This document shows positions 52,389 to 64,000 of a stretch of 64,000 nt of DNA, piece after piece (within the stretch, counting starts at the first letter, position 1; every line of letters begins with the position of its first letter). Position numbers and translations under genes: made by a program. Location: positions 18,600,001-18,664,000 of the forward strand of contig OZ024757.1 in the NCBI GenBank assembly GCA_964016885.1, in the 5' to 3' direction. The notes beneath the pieces are model-generated. The model had not been told where the DNA came from. It saw only the letters and a list, made by a program, of their open reading frames with translations, and made no database searches. The stretch is from Eledone cirrhosa. Taxonomy: Eukaryota.

Positions 52389-55300
52389 CCCTTCATTGTT
52401 CAAACTGGCCAGAATTCTCTACCACTTTCTCTTGAAACTGGCTGTAACTGCTCACTCAAACTGATGTTAAGGTATTGTTCTCAAAATAAATACTTTCAAA
52501 ATTTCATAGATTCGATATTATGTGAGATAATTATGTAAAGTAGAGCATTTACCATGAAAATATAATAGTATATATAGAATAATGTGAATGTTATGTGAGG
52601 TAAAGCATTTACCATTAAAATATAATAGTATATATAGAGTAATGTAAATGTTATGTGAGATATTATGTGAGGTAAAGCTTTTACCATGAAAATATCATAG
52701 TATATATAGAGTAATGTGAATGTTGTGAGATAATTATGTAAGGTGAAGTATTTACCATGATCATATAATAGTATATATAGAGTAATGTGAATGTGATGAG
52801 TAATATAAATGTTATGTGAGGTAAAGCCTTTACCATGAAAATACAATAGTATATATAAAGTAATGTGAATGTTATGAGATAATTATGTGGGATAAAGCCT
52901 TTACCATGAAAATACAATAGTATATATAGAGTAATATAAATGTTATGTGAGGTAAAGCCTTTACCATGAAAATACAATAGTATATATAGAGTAATGTAAA
53001 TGTTATGTGAGGTAAAGCCTTTACTGTGAAAATACAATAGTATATATAGAGTAATGTAAATGTTATGTGAGGTAAAACCTTTACTGTGAAAATACAATAG
53101 CATATATAGAGTAATAAAAATGTTATGTGAGGTAAAGTCTTTACTGTGAAAATACAATAGTATATATAGAGTAATGTAAATGTTATGTGAGGTAAAACCT
53201 TTACTGTGAAAATACAATAGTATATATAGAGTAATAAAAATGTTATGTGAGGTAAAGCCTTTACTGTGAAAATACAATAGTATATATAGAGTAATGTAAA
53301 TGTTATGTGAGGTAAAGCCTTTACCATGAAAATACAATAGTATATATAGAGTAATGTAAATGTTATGTGAGGTAAAGTCTTTACTGTGAAAATACAATAG
53401 TATATATAGAGTAATGTAAATATTATGTGAGGTAAAGCCTTTACCATGAAAATACAATAGTATATATAGAGTAATGTAAATGCTATGTGAGGTAAAGCCT
53501 TTACCATGAAAATACAATAGTATATATAGAGTAATGTAAATGCTATGTGAGGTAAAGCCTTTACCATGAAAATACAATAGTATATATAGAGTAATGTAAA
53601 TATTATGTGAGGTAAAGCCTTTACCATGAAAATACAATAGTATACATAGAGTAATAAAAATGTTATGTGAGGTAAAGCCTTTACTGTGAAAATACAATAG
53701 TATATATAGAGTAATATAAATGTTATGTGAGGTAAAGCCTTTACTGTGAAATTACAATAGTATATATAGAGTAATATAAATGTTATGTGAGGTAAAGCCT
53801 TTACCATGAAAATACAATAGTATATATAGAGTAATGTAAATGCTATGTGAGGTAAAGCCTTTACTGTGAAAATACAATAGTATATATAGAGTAATGTAAA
53901 TGTTATGTGAGGTAAAACCTTTACTGTGAAAATACAATAGCATATATAGAGTAATAAAAATGTTATGTGAGGTAAAGTCTTTACTGTGAAAATACAATAG
54001 TATATATAGAGTAATGTAAATGTTATGTGAGGTAAAACCTTTACTGTGAAAATACAATAGTATATATAGAGTAATAAAAATGTTATGTGAGGTAAAGCCT
54101 TGACTGTGAAAATACAATAGTATATATAGAGTAATGTAAATGTTATGTGAGGTAAAGCCTTTACCATGAAAATACAATAGTATATATAGAGTAATGTAAA
54201 TGTTATGTGAGGTAAAGTCTTTACTGTGAAAATACAATAGTATATATAGAGTAATGTAAATATTATGTGAGGTAAAGCCTTTACCATGAAAATACAATAG
54301 TATATATAGAGTAATGTAAATGCTATGTGAGGTAAAGCCTTTACCATGAAAATACAATAGTATATATAGAGTAATGTAAATGCTATGTGAGGTAAAGCCT
54401 TTACCATGAAAATACAATAGTATATATAGAGTAATGTAAATATTATGTGAGGTAAAGCCTTTACCATGAAAATACAATAGTATACATAGAGTAATAAAAA
54501 TGTTATGTGAGGTAAAGCCTTTACTGTGAAAATACAATAGTATATATAGAGTAATATAAATGTTATGTGAGGTAAAGCCTTTACTGTGAAATTACAATAG
54601 TATATATAGAGTAATATAAATGTTATGTGAGGTAAAGCCTTTACCATGAAAATACAATAGTATATATAGAGTAATGTAAATGCTATGTGAGGTAAAGCCT
54701 TTACCATGAAAATACAATAGTATATATAGAGTAATGTAAATGTTATGTGAGGTAAAGCCTTTACCATGAAAATACAATAGTATATATAGAGTAATGTAAA
54801 TGTTATGTGAGGTAAAGTCTTTACTGTGAAAATACAATAGTATATATAGAGTAATGTAAATATTATGTGAGGTAAAGCCTTTACTGTGAAAATACAATAG
54901 TATATATAGAGTAATGTAAATGTTATGTGAGGTAAAGCCTTTACCATGAAAATACAATAGTATATATAGAGTAATGTGAGGTAAAGCCTTTACTGTGAAA
55001 ATACAATAGTATATATAGAGTAATGTGAATATTATGTGAGGTAAAGCCTTTACTGTGAAAATACAATAGTATATATAGAGTAATGTGAATGTTATGTGAG
55101 GTAAAGCCTCTACTGTGAAAATACAATAGTATATATAGAGTAATGTGAGATGTTATGTGAGGTAAAGCCTTTACCATGAAAATACAATAGTATATATAGA
55201 GTAATGTTATGTGAGGTAAAGCCTTTACTGTGAAAATACAATAGCATATATAGAGTAATGTAAATGTTATGTGAGGTAAAGCCTTTACCATGAAAATACA

Positions 55301-55816
55301 ATAGTATATATAGAGTAATATAAATGTTATGTGAGGTAAAGCCTTTACTGTGAAAATACAATAGTATATATAGAGTAATGTAAATGTTATGTGAGGTAAA
55401 GCCTTTACCATGAAAATACAATAGTATATATAGAGTAATATAAATGTTATGTGAGGTAAAGCCTTTACTGTGAAAATACAATAGTATATATAGAGTAATG
55501 TGAGATGTTATGTGAGGTAAAGCCTTTACTGTGAAAATACAATAGTATATATAGAGTAATGTGAGATGTTATGTGAGGTAAAGCCTTTACTGTGAAAATA
55601 CAATAGTATATATAGAGTAATGTAAATGTTATGTGAGGTAAAGTCTTTACTGTGAAAATACAATAGTATATATAGAGTAATGTGAATATTATGTGAGGTA
55701 AAGCCTTTACCATGAAAATACAATAGTATATATAGAGTAATGTAAATGTTATGTGAGGTAAAGCCTTTACCATGAAAATACAATAGTATATATAGAGTAA
55801 TGTAAATGCTAAAGGG
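52389..55816 (-). mobile_element. piggyBac-type MITE inflated by an internal 60-bp satellite array
   Basis: TTAA(52385-88)-CCCTT...AAAGGG-TTAA(55817-20). The unique part is the reverse complement of 1292-1511; the internal 60-bp unit is repeated more than 50 times. Confidence 0.9.
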
Positions 55817-55989
55817 TTAAGAAGCAGAGTTAATAGAGTAGGAAGAAGGTATCAATATAAGATATTGATTCCAGAGTGAAGTCTGATCACTATTGATTGT
55901 TGCTTGAGCTGATTAATCATGGAACATGCGTCACATATCAATAAACATTGATGTTATATTGATACTTTGTTCCTGCTACTTATTATTAT

Positions 55990-56836
55990 GTGTGTGTGTA
56001 TAATTATATATATATAATGTGTGCGTGTGTGTATATATATATATGTGTGTGTATATATATATATATGTGTGTGTGTGTATATATATATATATATGTGTGT
56101 GTGTTTATATATATGTGTGTGTGTTTATATATATATATGTGTGTGTGTGTATATATATATATATGTGTGTGTGTGTATATATATATATATATGTGTGTGT
56201 GTTTATATATATGTGTGTGTGTTTATATATATATATGTGTGTGTGTGTATATATATATATATGTGTGTGTGTTTATATATATGTGTGTGTTTATATATAT
56301 GTGTATGTGTGTGAGTATATATATATATGTGTGTGTGTAAATATATATATATGTGTGTGTAAATATATATATATATGTGTGTGTGTGTAAATATATATAT
56401 ATATATGTGTGTGTGTAAATATATATATATGTGTGTGAGTATATATATATGTGCGTGTGTAAATATATATATATATGTGTGTGTAAATATATATATATAT
56501 ATGTGTGTGTGTAAATATATATATATGTGTGTGAGTATATATATATATGTGTGTGAGTATATATATATATGTGTGTGTCAATATATATATATATATGTGT
56601 GTGTAAATATATATATATATATATATGTGTGTGTAAATATATATATATATATGTGTGTGTAAATATATATATATATATGTGTGTGTCAATATATATATAT
56701 ATATGTGTGTTAATATATATATATATATGTGTGTTAATATATATATATATATGTGTGTTAATATATATATATATATGTGTGTTAATATATATATATATGT
56801 GTGTGTGTCAATATATATATATATATATGTGTGTTA

Positions 56837-56870
<34 letters not shown>

Positions 56871-57030
56871 AAATATATATATATATATGTGTGTGTAAAT
56901 ATATATATATATATATGTGTGTGTAAATATATATATATATATGTGTGTGTAAATATATATATATATATGTGTGTGTTAATATATATATATATATGTGTGT
57001 GTGTAAATATATATATATATGTGTGTATAT
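55990..57030. repeat. (TA)n(TG)n compound microsatellite
   Basis: Visible directly. Confidence 0.95.
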
Positions 57031-57142
57031 AGACATTCTTATCTAACCTGTACAGTTTCTCTAGAATTCTATGAAATAATGTAAATACTTTCTCCAATCT
57101 TTTCATCTCATTGTGGCTTTTCTTTCTATTTAGACATTTCTT

Positions 57143-58020
57143 CCTGTACTCCTATAGCTGTGGTACTCCTCTACTGTACTCCTATAGCTGTGGTACTCCT
57201 CTACTGTACTCCTATAGCTGTGGTACACCTCTACTGTACTCCTATAGCTGTGGTACACCTCTACTGTACTCCTATAGCTGTTTTACTCCTCTACTGTACT
57301 CCTATAGCTGTGGTACACCTCTACTTACTCCCTATAGCTGTGGTACACCTCTACTGTACTCCTATAGCTGTGGTACACCTCTACTGTACTCCTATAGCTG
57401 GGGTACTCCTGCACTGTACTCCTATAGCTGTGGTACTCCTCTACTGTACTCCTATAGCTGTGGCACTCCTCTACTGTACCCCTATAGCTGTGGTACTCCT
57501 CTACTGTACTCTTATAGCTGTGGTACTCCTCTACTGTACTCCTATAGCTGTGGCACTCCTCTACTGTACTCCTATAGCTGTGGTACTCCTCTACTGTACT
57601 CCTATAGCTGTTTTACTCCTCTACTGTACTCCTATAGCTGTGGTACACCTCTACTTACTCCCTATAGCTGTGGTACACCTCTACTGTACTCCTATAGCTG
57701 TGGTACTCCTATAGCTGGGGTACTCCTCTACTGTACTCCTATAGCTGGGGTACTCCTGCACTGTACTCCTATAGCTGTTTTACTCCTCTACTGTACTCCT
57801 ATAGCTGTGGTACACCTCTACTGTACTCCTATAGCTGTGGTACACCTCTACTTACTCCCTATAGCTGTGGTACACCTCTACTGTACTCCTATAGCTGTGG
57901 TACTCCTCTACTGTACTCCCTATAGCTGTGGTACACCTCTACTGTACTCCTATAACTGTGGTACTCCTCTACTGTACTCCTATAGCCGTGGTACTCTACT
58001 GTACTCCTATAGCTGTGGTA
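57143..58020. repeat. 30-bp minisatellite (CTGTACTCCTATAGCTGTGGTACTCCTCTA)
   Basis: Visible directly; ~29 copies. Confidence 0.95.
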
Positions 58021-58485
58021 CACAGGTACTCCTTTGCATTCTTTATTTTGTAAATCTTCCAATCCCTGAAATGTTATGCACCATGTACCCCCCTCTACAC
58101 CATGTACCCCCCTCTGCACCATGTACCCCCCTCTGCACCCTCTAACAATCCCTGTACTCTTTGTGGCAGCAAATATGGGAGCTCAACCATCTTATTTCTT
58201 ATCAGAATTTTCCTCTCCTTTATGCTGGGGTCGATATAATCAGTTTTCCAGAGAATAACTGACCTTGTTTTAGAAAGAATTATTAAGGGTGGTGGGTTAA
58301 TTCACTCAGCCCAAGCAGAGCAATATAATCCCTAAAATATGCGGGCTTACTGAGAAGGGAGAAGGACATAATTCAAGGAGAGATGATAATTGATGTTGCA
58401 TTGCTGAAATGCTTTGCTGTATTTATTCCAGTTATTTATGTTCTGAGTTTAAATCCCATCGAGGTCAACTTTCCATCCATCATCA

Positions 58486-58880
58486 TCACTCGTCGACTAC
58501 TGTCGAGATGATGGATCTCACTCTCATGCCCCAGAACCTCCTGTCCCCCATCGCTGCCCCCAGGTCCTGTCTGCTGATTCCCGTATCCCTAGAGATAACG
58601 TGAGGGAATGACAGCTTCCTACTCCTAGTCAGGCTGGAGTCAGGGTTCCAGAGCAAGAGAGCGGATATGATTTCATTGCTGGCACGGTGACAGTGGCCAG
58701 CAAATTGAGCTCTCCGGGATTTTAGGAGGGCAGAGGCTCGAGGGAGTTTGCCATAGATTTTAGACAAGGTGGGATGTCGTTTCCAGGATAGGTTTTGCAC
58801 TCTCATTAAGAGGCGGGTATATGTGCCATCCAATCTCCTCTCAAGTTGTGATGTTAGTGTCCAAGTTTCGGATCCATAAA
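58486..58880 (-). mobile_element. Proto2/RTEX-like LINE 3' fragment inserted into an old SINE A
   Basis: Near-identical to 24730-25122; SINE halves lie at ~58400-58478 and 58880-58980. Confidence 0.85.
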
Positions 58881-59014
58881 GGGGGTCAATGAAATAAGTA
58901 TCAGTCAAATAGAGGGGTTGATATAATCCACTTTCCCTTCCCCAAAAATTGTTAGCCTTGCGCCTAAATTATAAATGATTATTTTTATTATTATTCAGCA
59001 GTGTTAGTAGAGCG

Positions 59015-59425
59015 ATGCTGGTTGATTGGCAATATCGGTAGAGCGTCGGACAACATGCTTTATGGCATAAAGTTAGAGCCCTTTACGTTCTGATTTCAAA
59101 TCCTGCTGGGGTTATCTTTGCCTTTCGTCATTGAGGGGGTCAATGAAATAAAATACCAGTAACACACTGGGGTCAATTTAATCACCCCCCCCCCCCCCCT
59201 CTCCCCAAAATTGCTGGTCTTGTGCCTAAATCAGAAACCATTATTGGCAGTAACGGTAGAGAGTCGGACGCCATGCTTTCCAGCATAGTTACGTCCCTTT
59301 ACGATCTGAGTTCAAATCCCGCCGAGGTTGACTTTGCCTTTCATCCTTACGGGGTCGATAAAATAAAGTACCAGTAATGCACTGAGTAATTGCTGGCCCT
59401 GTGCCTAAAGTAGAAACAATTATTA
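59015..59425 (+). mobile_element. Old SINE A followed by a young SINE A
   Basis: Two cores in tandem. Confidence 0.85.
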
Positions 59426-60114
59426 AATTCCTTCTTATGAGAATAAGATTGTTAGTTAATGGACCCCACCCTCACTACATGTGAACTAGAAGATTTCTAA
59501 TCAAACTCTCTGCCTATGGGGCATGGAGCCAGCCTATGTGTTATTCCTTGATCTGGTCGAAATAATAGTCAAATTTTCCTTAAATCACCATGTTAATATT
59601 TAAAAAAAATAGGATGGTCACAGTTGGAAGACACTTTTAGCTGTTTATCAGTCTTCTCAGTCAGTGCTGACCCCTGGGTGAGAGGGGTCAAACAACAGTA
59701 GTTTGGCCACATATTGATGTCAAGAGCAATTGCAGGCACTACCCCGTCACTCTCCTTCCTCTAAACTCCACCCTGCAGCCATAACTCCACCCTGACAAGA
59801 AGTTAAGCTGAAGACACTAACTGACTGACCCACAGAATTCAGGGGCTTACCTGTGACACCCTCTCCACCTAAACACCCGGTATTGAAACCCTATCAGGGG
59901 GATGTGTGAAATGTATCAACCCTTTTGATACCAACCCACCCACCCCTGGTTTTATGATGCAAAGTTGTCCATTTAAAAATGTTCAAAGTTATATTAGAAT
60001 CTTCCTTCATAATTTAATTTAAGAAATTTTTGTTAAGTTTTGTCCTAAATATCAGTTTAATAATGAACAAATTAGTTATTAATTACTCCAATTTGTTTTT
60101 ATTATTTTCCAAAT

Positions 60115-60310
60115 TATTAGAAATATGGTAATGAAAGGATTACTGGCATAGACAGTGTCTTTCATTAGAAATATGGTAATGAAAGGGTTAATGACATAGA
60201 CAGTGTCTTTCATTAGAAATATGGTAATGAAAGGATTAATGACATAGTGTCTTTCATTAGAAATATGGTAATGGAAGGGTCAATGACATAGACAGTGTCT
60301 TTCATTAGAA
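60115..60310. repeat. ~50-bp tandem repeat x4 containing a piggyBac-like terminus (GGTAATGAAAGGGTTAA)
   Basis: Visible directly; a matching left end CCCTTTTGATACC lies near 59920. Confidence 0.7.
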
Positions 60311-60471
60311 ATAGGGTCTTTGTAATTTTTAAGTTTTGTTCCAAATATCAGTTTATTTATGAATAAATTAGTAAAACATTGGGGGGTTGACTCCCCCCCC
60401 CCCACCAAAAAAAGAAAAAAACTGGTGGCCTTATGCTTTAATCAGAAACCATTATTAATGAACAAACAAAG

Positions 60472-60660
60472 GGCGGTGGATTGGCAATATCGGTAGAGAG
60501 TCGGACGCCATGCTTTCCAGCATAGTTACGTCCCTTTACGATCTGAGTTCAAATCCCGCCGAGGTTGACTTTGCCTTTCATCCTTACGGGGTCGATAAAA
60601 TAAAGTACCAGTAATGCACTGGGTAATTGCTGGCCTTGTGCCTAAAGTAGAAACAATTAT
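60472..60660 (+). mobile_element. Young SINE A with a 16-bp flanking direct repeat (likely target-site duplication)
   Basis: ATTATTAATGAACAAA at 60451-60466 and 60656-60671. Confidence 0.85.
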
Positions 60661-61122
60661 TAATGAACAAATTAGTTATTTATTAAATTACTCCAAGTTA
60701 TTTATTATATTCCAATTTAAACACAAACAATGTTTTCCATGAAAAATCTGGTAGAAAAAATGTGTTAACCCATTAAATGTTAGTGTCATTTGAATCTGGC
60801 TGTCCTCCTTTGGCCCTCCCTCTCTTCAATTTTTGCCAAGAAATATCAAATCAAATATATATATATATATATGTGTGTGTGTATGTCTATATATATATAT
60901 ATATATGTATATATGTGTGTATATATATATGTGTGTGTATATATATATATAAATAAAATATAAAATTTTTTTTAAATCTCATTCCAGCAGCAAAAATGTT
61001 TTCAATATTTTTTTTTGTAAATTTTTACCTTTTTCCTTGATTTTTTTAAAAGATTTTTTTTAGACTTTTATCTCACATTCCTATTGTCTTGCATGATTAC
61101 CATTATTATTATTATTATTAAA

Positions 61123-62390
61123 GGCGGTGGATTGGCAGAATCGGTAGAGGGTCGGATGCCATGCTTTGAAGCATAGAGTTACCTCCCTGTATGATCTGAG
61201 TTCAAATCCCGCCCGAGATTAACTTTGCCTTTCATCCTTCCGGGGTCGATAGAATAAAGTACCAGTAATGCACTGGGGTAATTGCTGGCCTTGTGCCAAA
61301 AGTAGAAACAATTATTATTATTATTATTATTATTGGATTGGCAGAATCGGTAACGGGTCGGACGCCATGCTTTGCAGCATAGAGTTACGGCCCTTTATGA
61401 TCTGAGTTCAAATCCCGCCTGAGGTTAACTTTGCCTTTATCCTTACGGGGTCGATAGAATAAAGTACCAGTAATGGACTGGGGTAATTGCTGGCCTTGTG
61501 CCAAAAGTAGAAACAATTATTATTATTATTATTATTATTGGATTGGCAGAATCGGTAACGGGTCGGACGCCATGCTTTGCAGCATAGAGTTACGGCCCTT
61601 TATGATCTGAGTTCAAATCCCGCCTGAGGTTAACTTTGCCTTTCATCCTTACGGGGTCGATAAAATAAAGTACCAGTAATGCACTGGGGTAATTGCTGGC
61701 CTTGTGCCAAAAGTAGAAACAATTATTATTATTATTATTATTGGATTGGCAGAATCGGTAATGGGTCGGACGCCATGCTTTGCAGCATAGAGTTACGGCC
61801 CTTTATGATCTGAGTTCAAATCCCGCCTGAGGTTAACTTTGCCTTTCATCCTTACGGGGTCGATAGAATAAAGTACCAGTAATGCACTGGGGTAATTGCT
61901 GGCCTTGTGCCAAAAGTAGAAACAATTATTATTATTATTATTATTATTGGATTGGCAGAATCGGTAACGGGTCGGACGCCATGTTTTGCAGCATAGAGTT
62001 ACGGCCCTTTATGATCTGAGTTCAAATCCCGCCGAGGTTAACTTTGCCTTTCATCCTTTCGGAGTCGATAAAATAAAGTACCAGTAATGCACTGGGGTCG
62101 ATTTAATCGACTTACCCCCCCCCCCCCCCCCTCCCCAATTGCTGGCCTTGTGCCTATATAAGAAACCCTTATTAGGGCAGTTGATTGGCAGTCGTAAGAG
62201 CATCGGACAACATGCTTCGTGGTATTTCTTCCAGCTCTTTACATTCCAAGTTTGAAACTCGCCGAGGTCAACTTTGCCGTTTGTCCTTTAAGGTTGATAA
62301 AATAAAGTACCAGTGAAATACTGGGGGTTGATTTAATCGATTCACCCTAAAAAAAATATTGCTGGCCTTGTGCCTAATTTAGAAATCATT
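61123..62390 (+). mobile_element. Head-to-tail array of five SINE A copies plus one older copy
   Basis: Starts near 61123, 61334, 61539, 61742, 61949 and 62176; separated by (ATT)n. Confidence 0.92.
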
Positions 62391-62485
62391 GTTGTTGTTG
62401 TTGTTGTTGTTGTTGTGCTTTATTAAATAATAATAAAACATGTTTTGGAAATAATTTGAGTTTATTTTAACTTTTGATTCAGCAT

Positions 62486-63315
62486 TACGATTTTACAGAG
62501 TGTACTGGGTGCTTTTATCATGGCAGCAACTCTACGATTTTACAGAGTGTACTGGGTGCTTTTATCATGGCAGCAGCTCTACGATTTTACAGAGTGTACT
62601 GGGTGCTTTTACCATGGCAGCAACTCTACGATTTTACAGAGTGTACTGGGTGCTTTTATCATGGCAGCAATTCTACGATTTTACAGAGTGTACTGGGTGC
62701 TTTTATCATGGCAGCAGCTCTACGATTTTACAGAGTGTACTGGGTGCTTTTATCATGGCAGCAACTCTACGATTTTACAGAGTGTACTGGGTGCTTTTAT
62801 CATGGCAGCAGCTCTACGATTTTACAGAGTGTACTGGGTGCTTTTATCATGGCAGCAGCTCTACGATTTTACAGAGTGTACTTGGTGCTTTTACCATGGC
62901 AGCAACTCTACGATTTTACAGAGTGTACTGGGTGCTTTTATCATGGCAGCAGCTCTACGATTTTACAGAGTGTACTTGGTGCTTTAATCATGGCAGCAAC
63001 TCTACGATTTTACAGAGTGTACTGGGTGCTTTAATCATGGCAGCAACTCTACGATTTTACAGAGTGTACTGGGTGCTTTTATCATGGCAGCAACTCTACG
63101 ATTTTACAGAGTGTACTTGGTGCTTTAATCATGGCAGCAACTCTACGATTTTACAGAGTGCACTGGGTGCTTTTATCATGGCAGCAAGTCTACGATTTTA
63201 CAGAGTGTACTGGTTGCTTTTATCATGGCAACAACCCTACGATTTTACAGAGTGTACTGGGTGCTTTTATCATGGCAACAACCCTACGATTTTACAGAGT
63301 GTACTGGGTGCTTTT
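62486..63315. repeat. 47-bp minisatellite (TACGATTTTACAGAGTGTACTGGGTGCTTTTATCATGGCAGCAACTC), ~18 copies
   Basis: Visible directly; the core matches the internal repeat of family B. Confidence 0.95.
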
Positions 63316-64000
63316 TACTGTGACATCAGCACTGAGGAAGTTGTCAGATTTTCAGCTAAATTAATGAGTAGAAAAACCAAGTTTCTGCTACAAAAAATTC
63401 TCAGATTCAAGGGAGACATTCAGTTTAAGTATGGTGTACTGTCACATAGGCGGCAAATTGGCAGAGTCGCTAGAATATCGGATAGCATTCTTTGCATTAT
63501 TTGTTTCAGCTCTCTGTTCTCTCAATTCAAATCCTGCTCAGGTCAACTCTGCCTTTCATCCATACAAAATAGATTTTAAAAAAGTACCAGTGTAGTACTG
63601 GGGTCAATTCTTCTTCTAACTCTTCTGCACTTCCATTCTCTCACTCTCTCTATCCTTCTTTAGAAGACATCTGCTGTATTCAGACCTGGAGCGGAGATGG
63701 GCTCCACCAAGTTTTAAAAATTGCCCTTTAAGCGCTGTATGTCAATATGGTGCCCCTATGATTCCCTCAGGAGTTATGGGGCCATACATACTGTCAATTG
63801 TAAAGAATAACAGAGATATTCAGTGCTAGTGTGGTGTTCTGTCAGTTGTGGAGATTGATGAATCTAAACAGAAATATCAACAGCACTTTTCATTTCTGAG
63901 TAACACATTTGTTACCAAGTGCTGCATGGCTGGAATGAAAATCAGTGCTGTGAAAACCAAGACATTCGTCCTCTCAAGGAATCTTGTGCAGTGCACTCTA

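Noticed and set aside
52496-55783. Long ORFs up to 691 aa with 20-aa periodicity
   Set aside because: These are translations of the 60-bp satellite inside a MITE.
57111-58145. 344-aa YSYSCGTPLL repeat protein and 62474-63579 ORFs
   Set aside because: Translations of the 30-bp and 47-bp minisatellites.

Overview
AT-rich, repeat-dense animal genomic DNA. It is most consistent with a coleoid cephalopod (Octopus-like), judged from the [11 protein letters not shown]-type C2H2 arrays and the SINE/RTE repertoire. It holds two convergent single-coding-exon poly-C2H2 zinc-finger genes (9254-10351 +, 20235-21758 -) and a three-coding-exon RABEPK (Rab9 effector, kelch) gene (39337-44330 +). An unexplained, coding-like 82-aa ORF (38835-39083) sits just upstream of RABEPK and may share its transcript. 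The rest is mobile-element debris and tandem repeats: RTE, Vingi/Ingi, CRE-type and Proto2/RTEX-like LINEs, three SINE-like families, a Tc1/mariner, piggyBac-type MITEs, a Helitron-like element and many micro/minisatellites. The most notable observations are: the possible bicistronic small-ORF/RABEPK unit; a 60-bp satellite with an 840-bp higher-order repeat that arose inside a TTAA-flanked piggyBac MITE whose unexpanded 220-bp form is also in the window; several Penelope-type minimal hammerhead ribozyme motifs; a head-to-tail SINE array; and a conserved 33-aa leader shared by both ZNF proteins. All calls were made by eye, and element boundaries are approximate unless exact termini are quoted.
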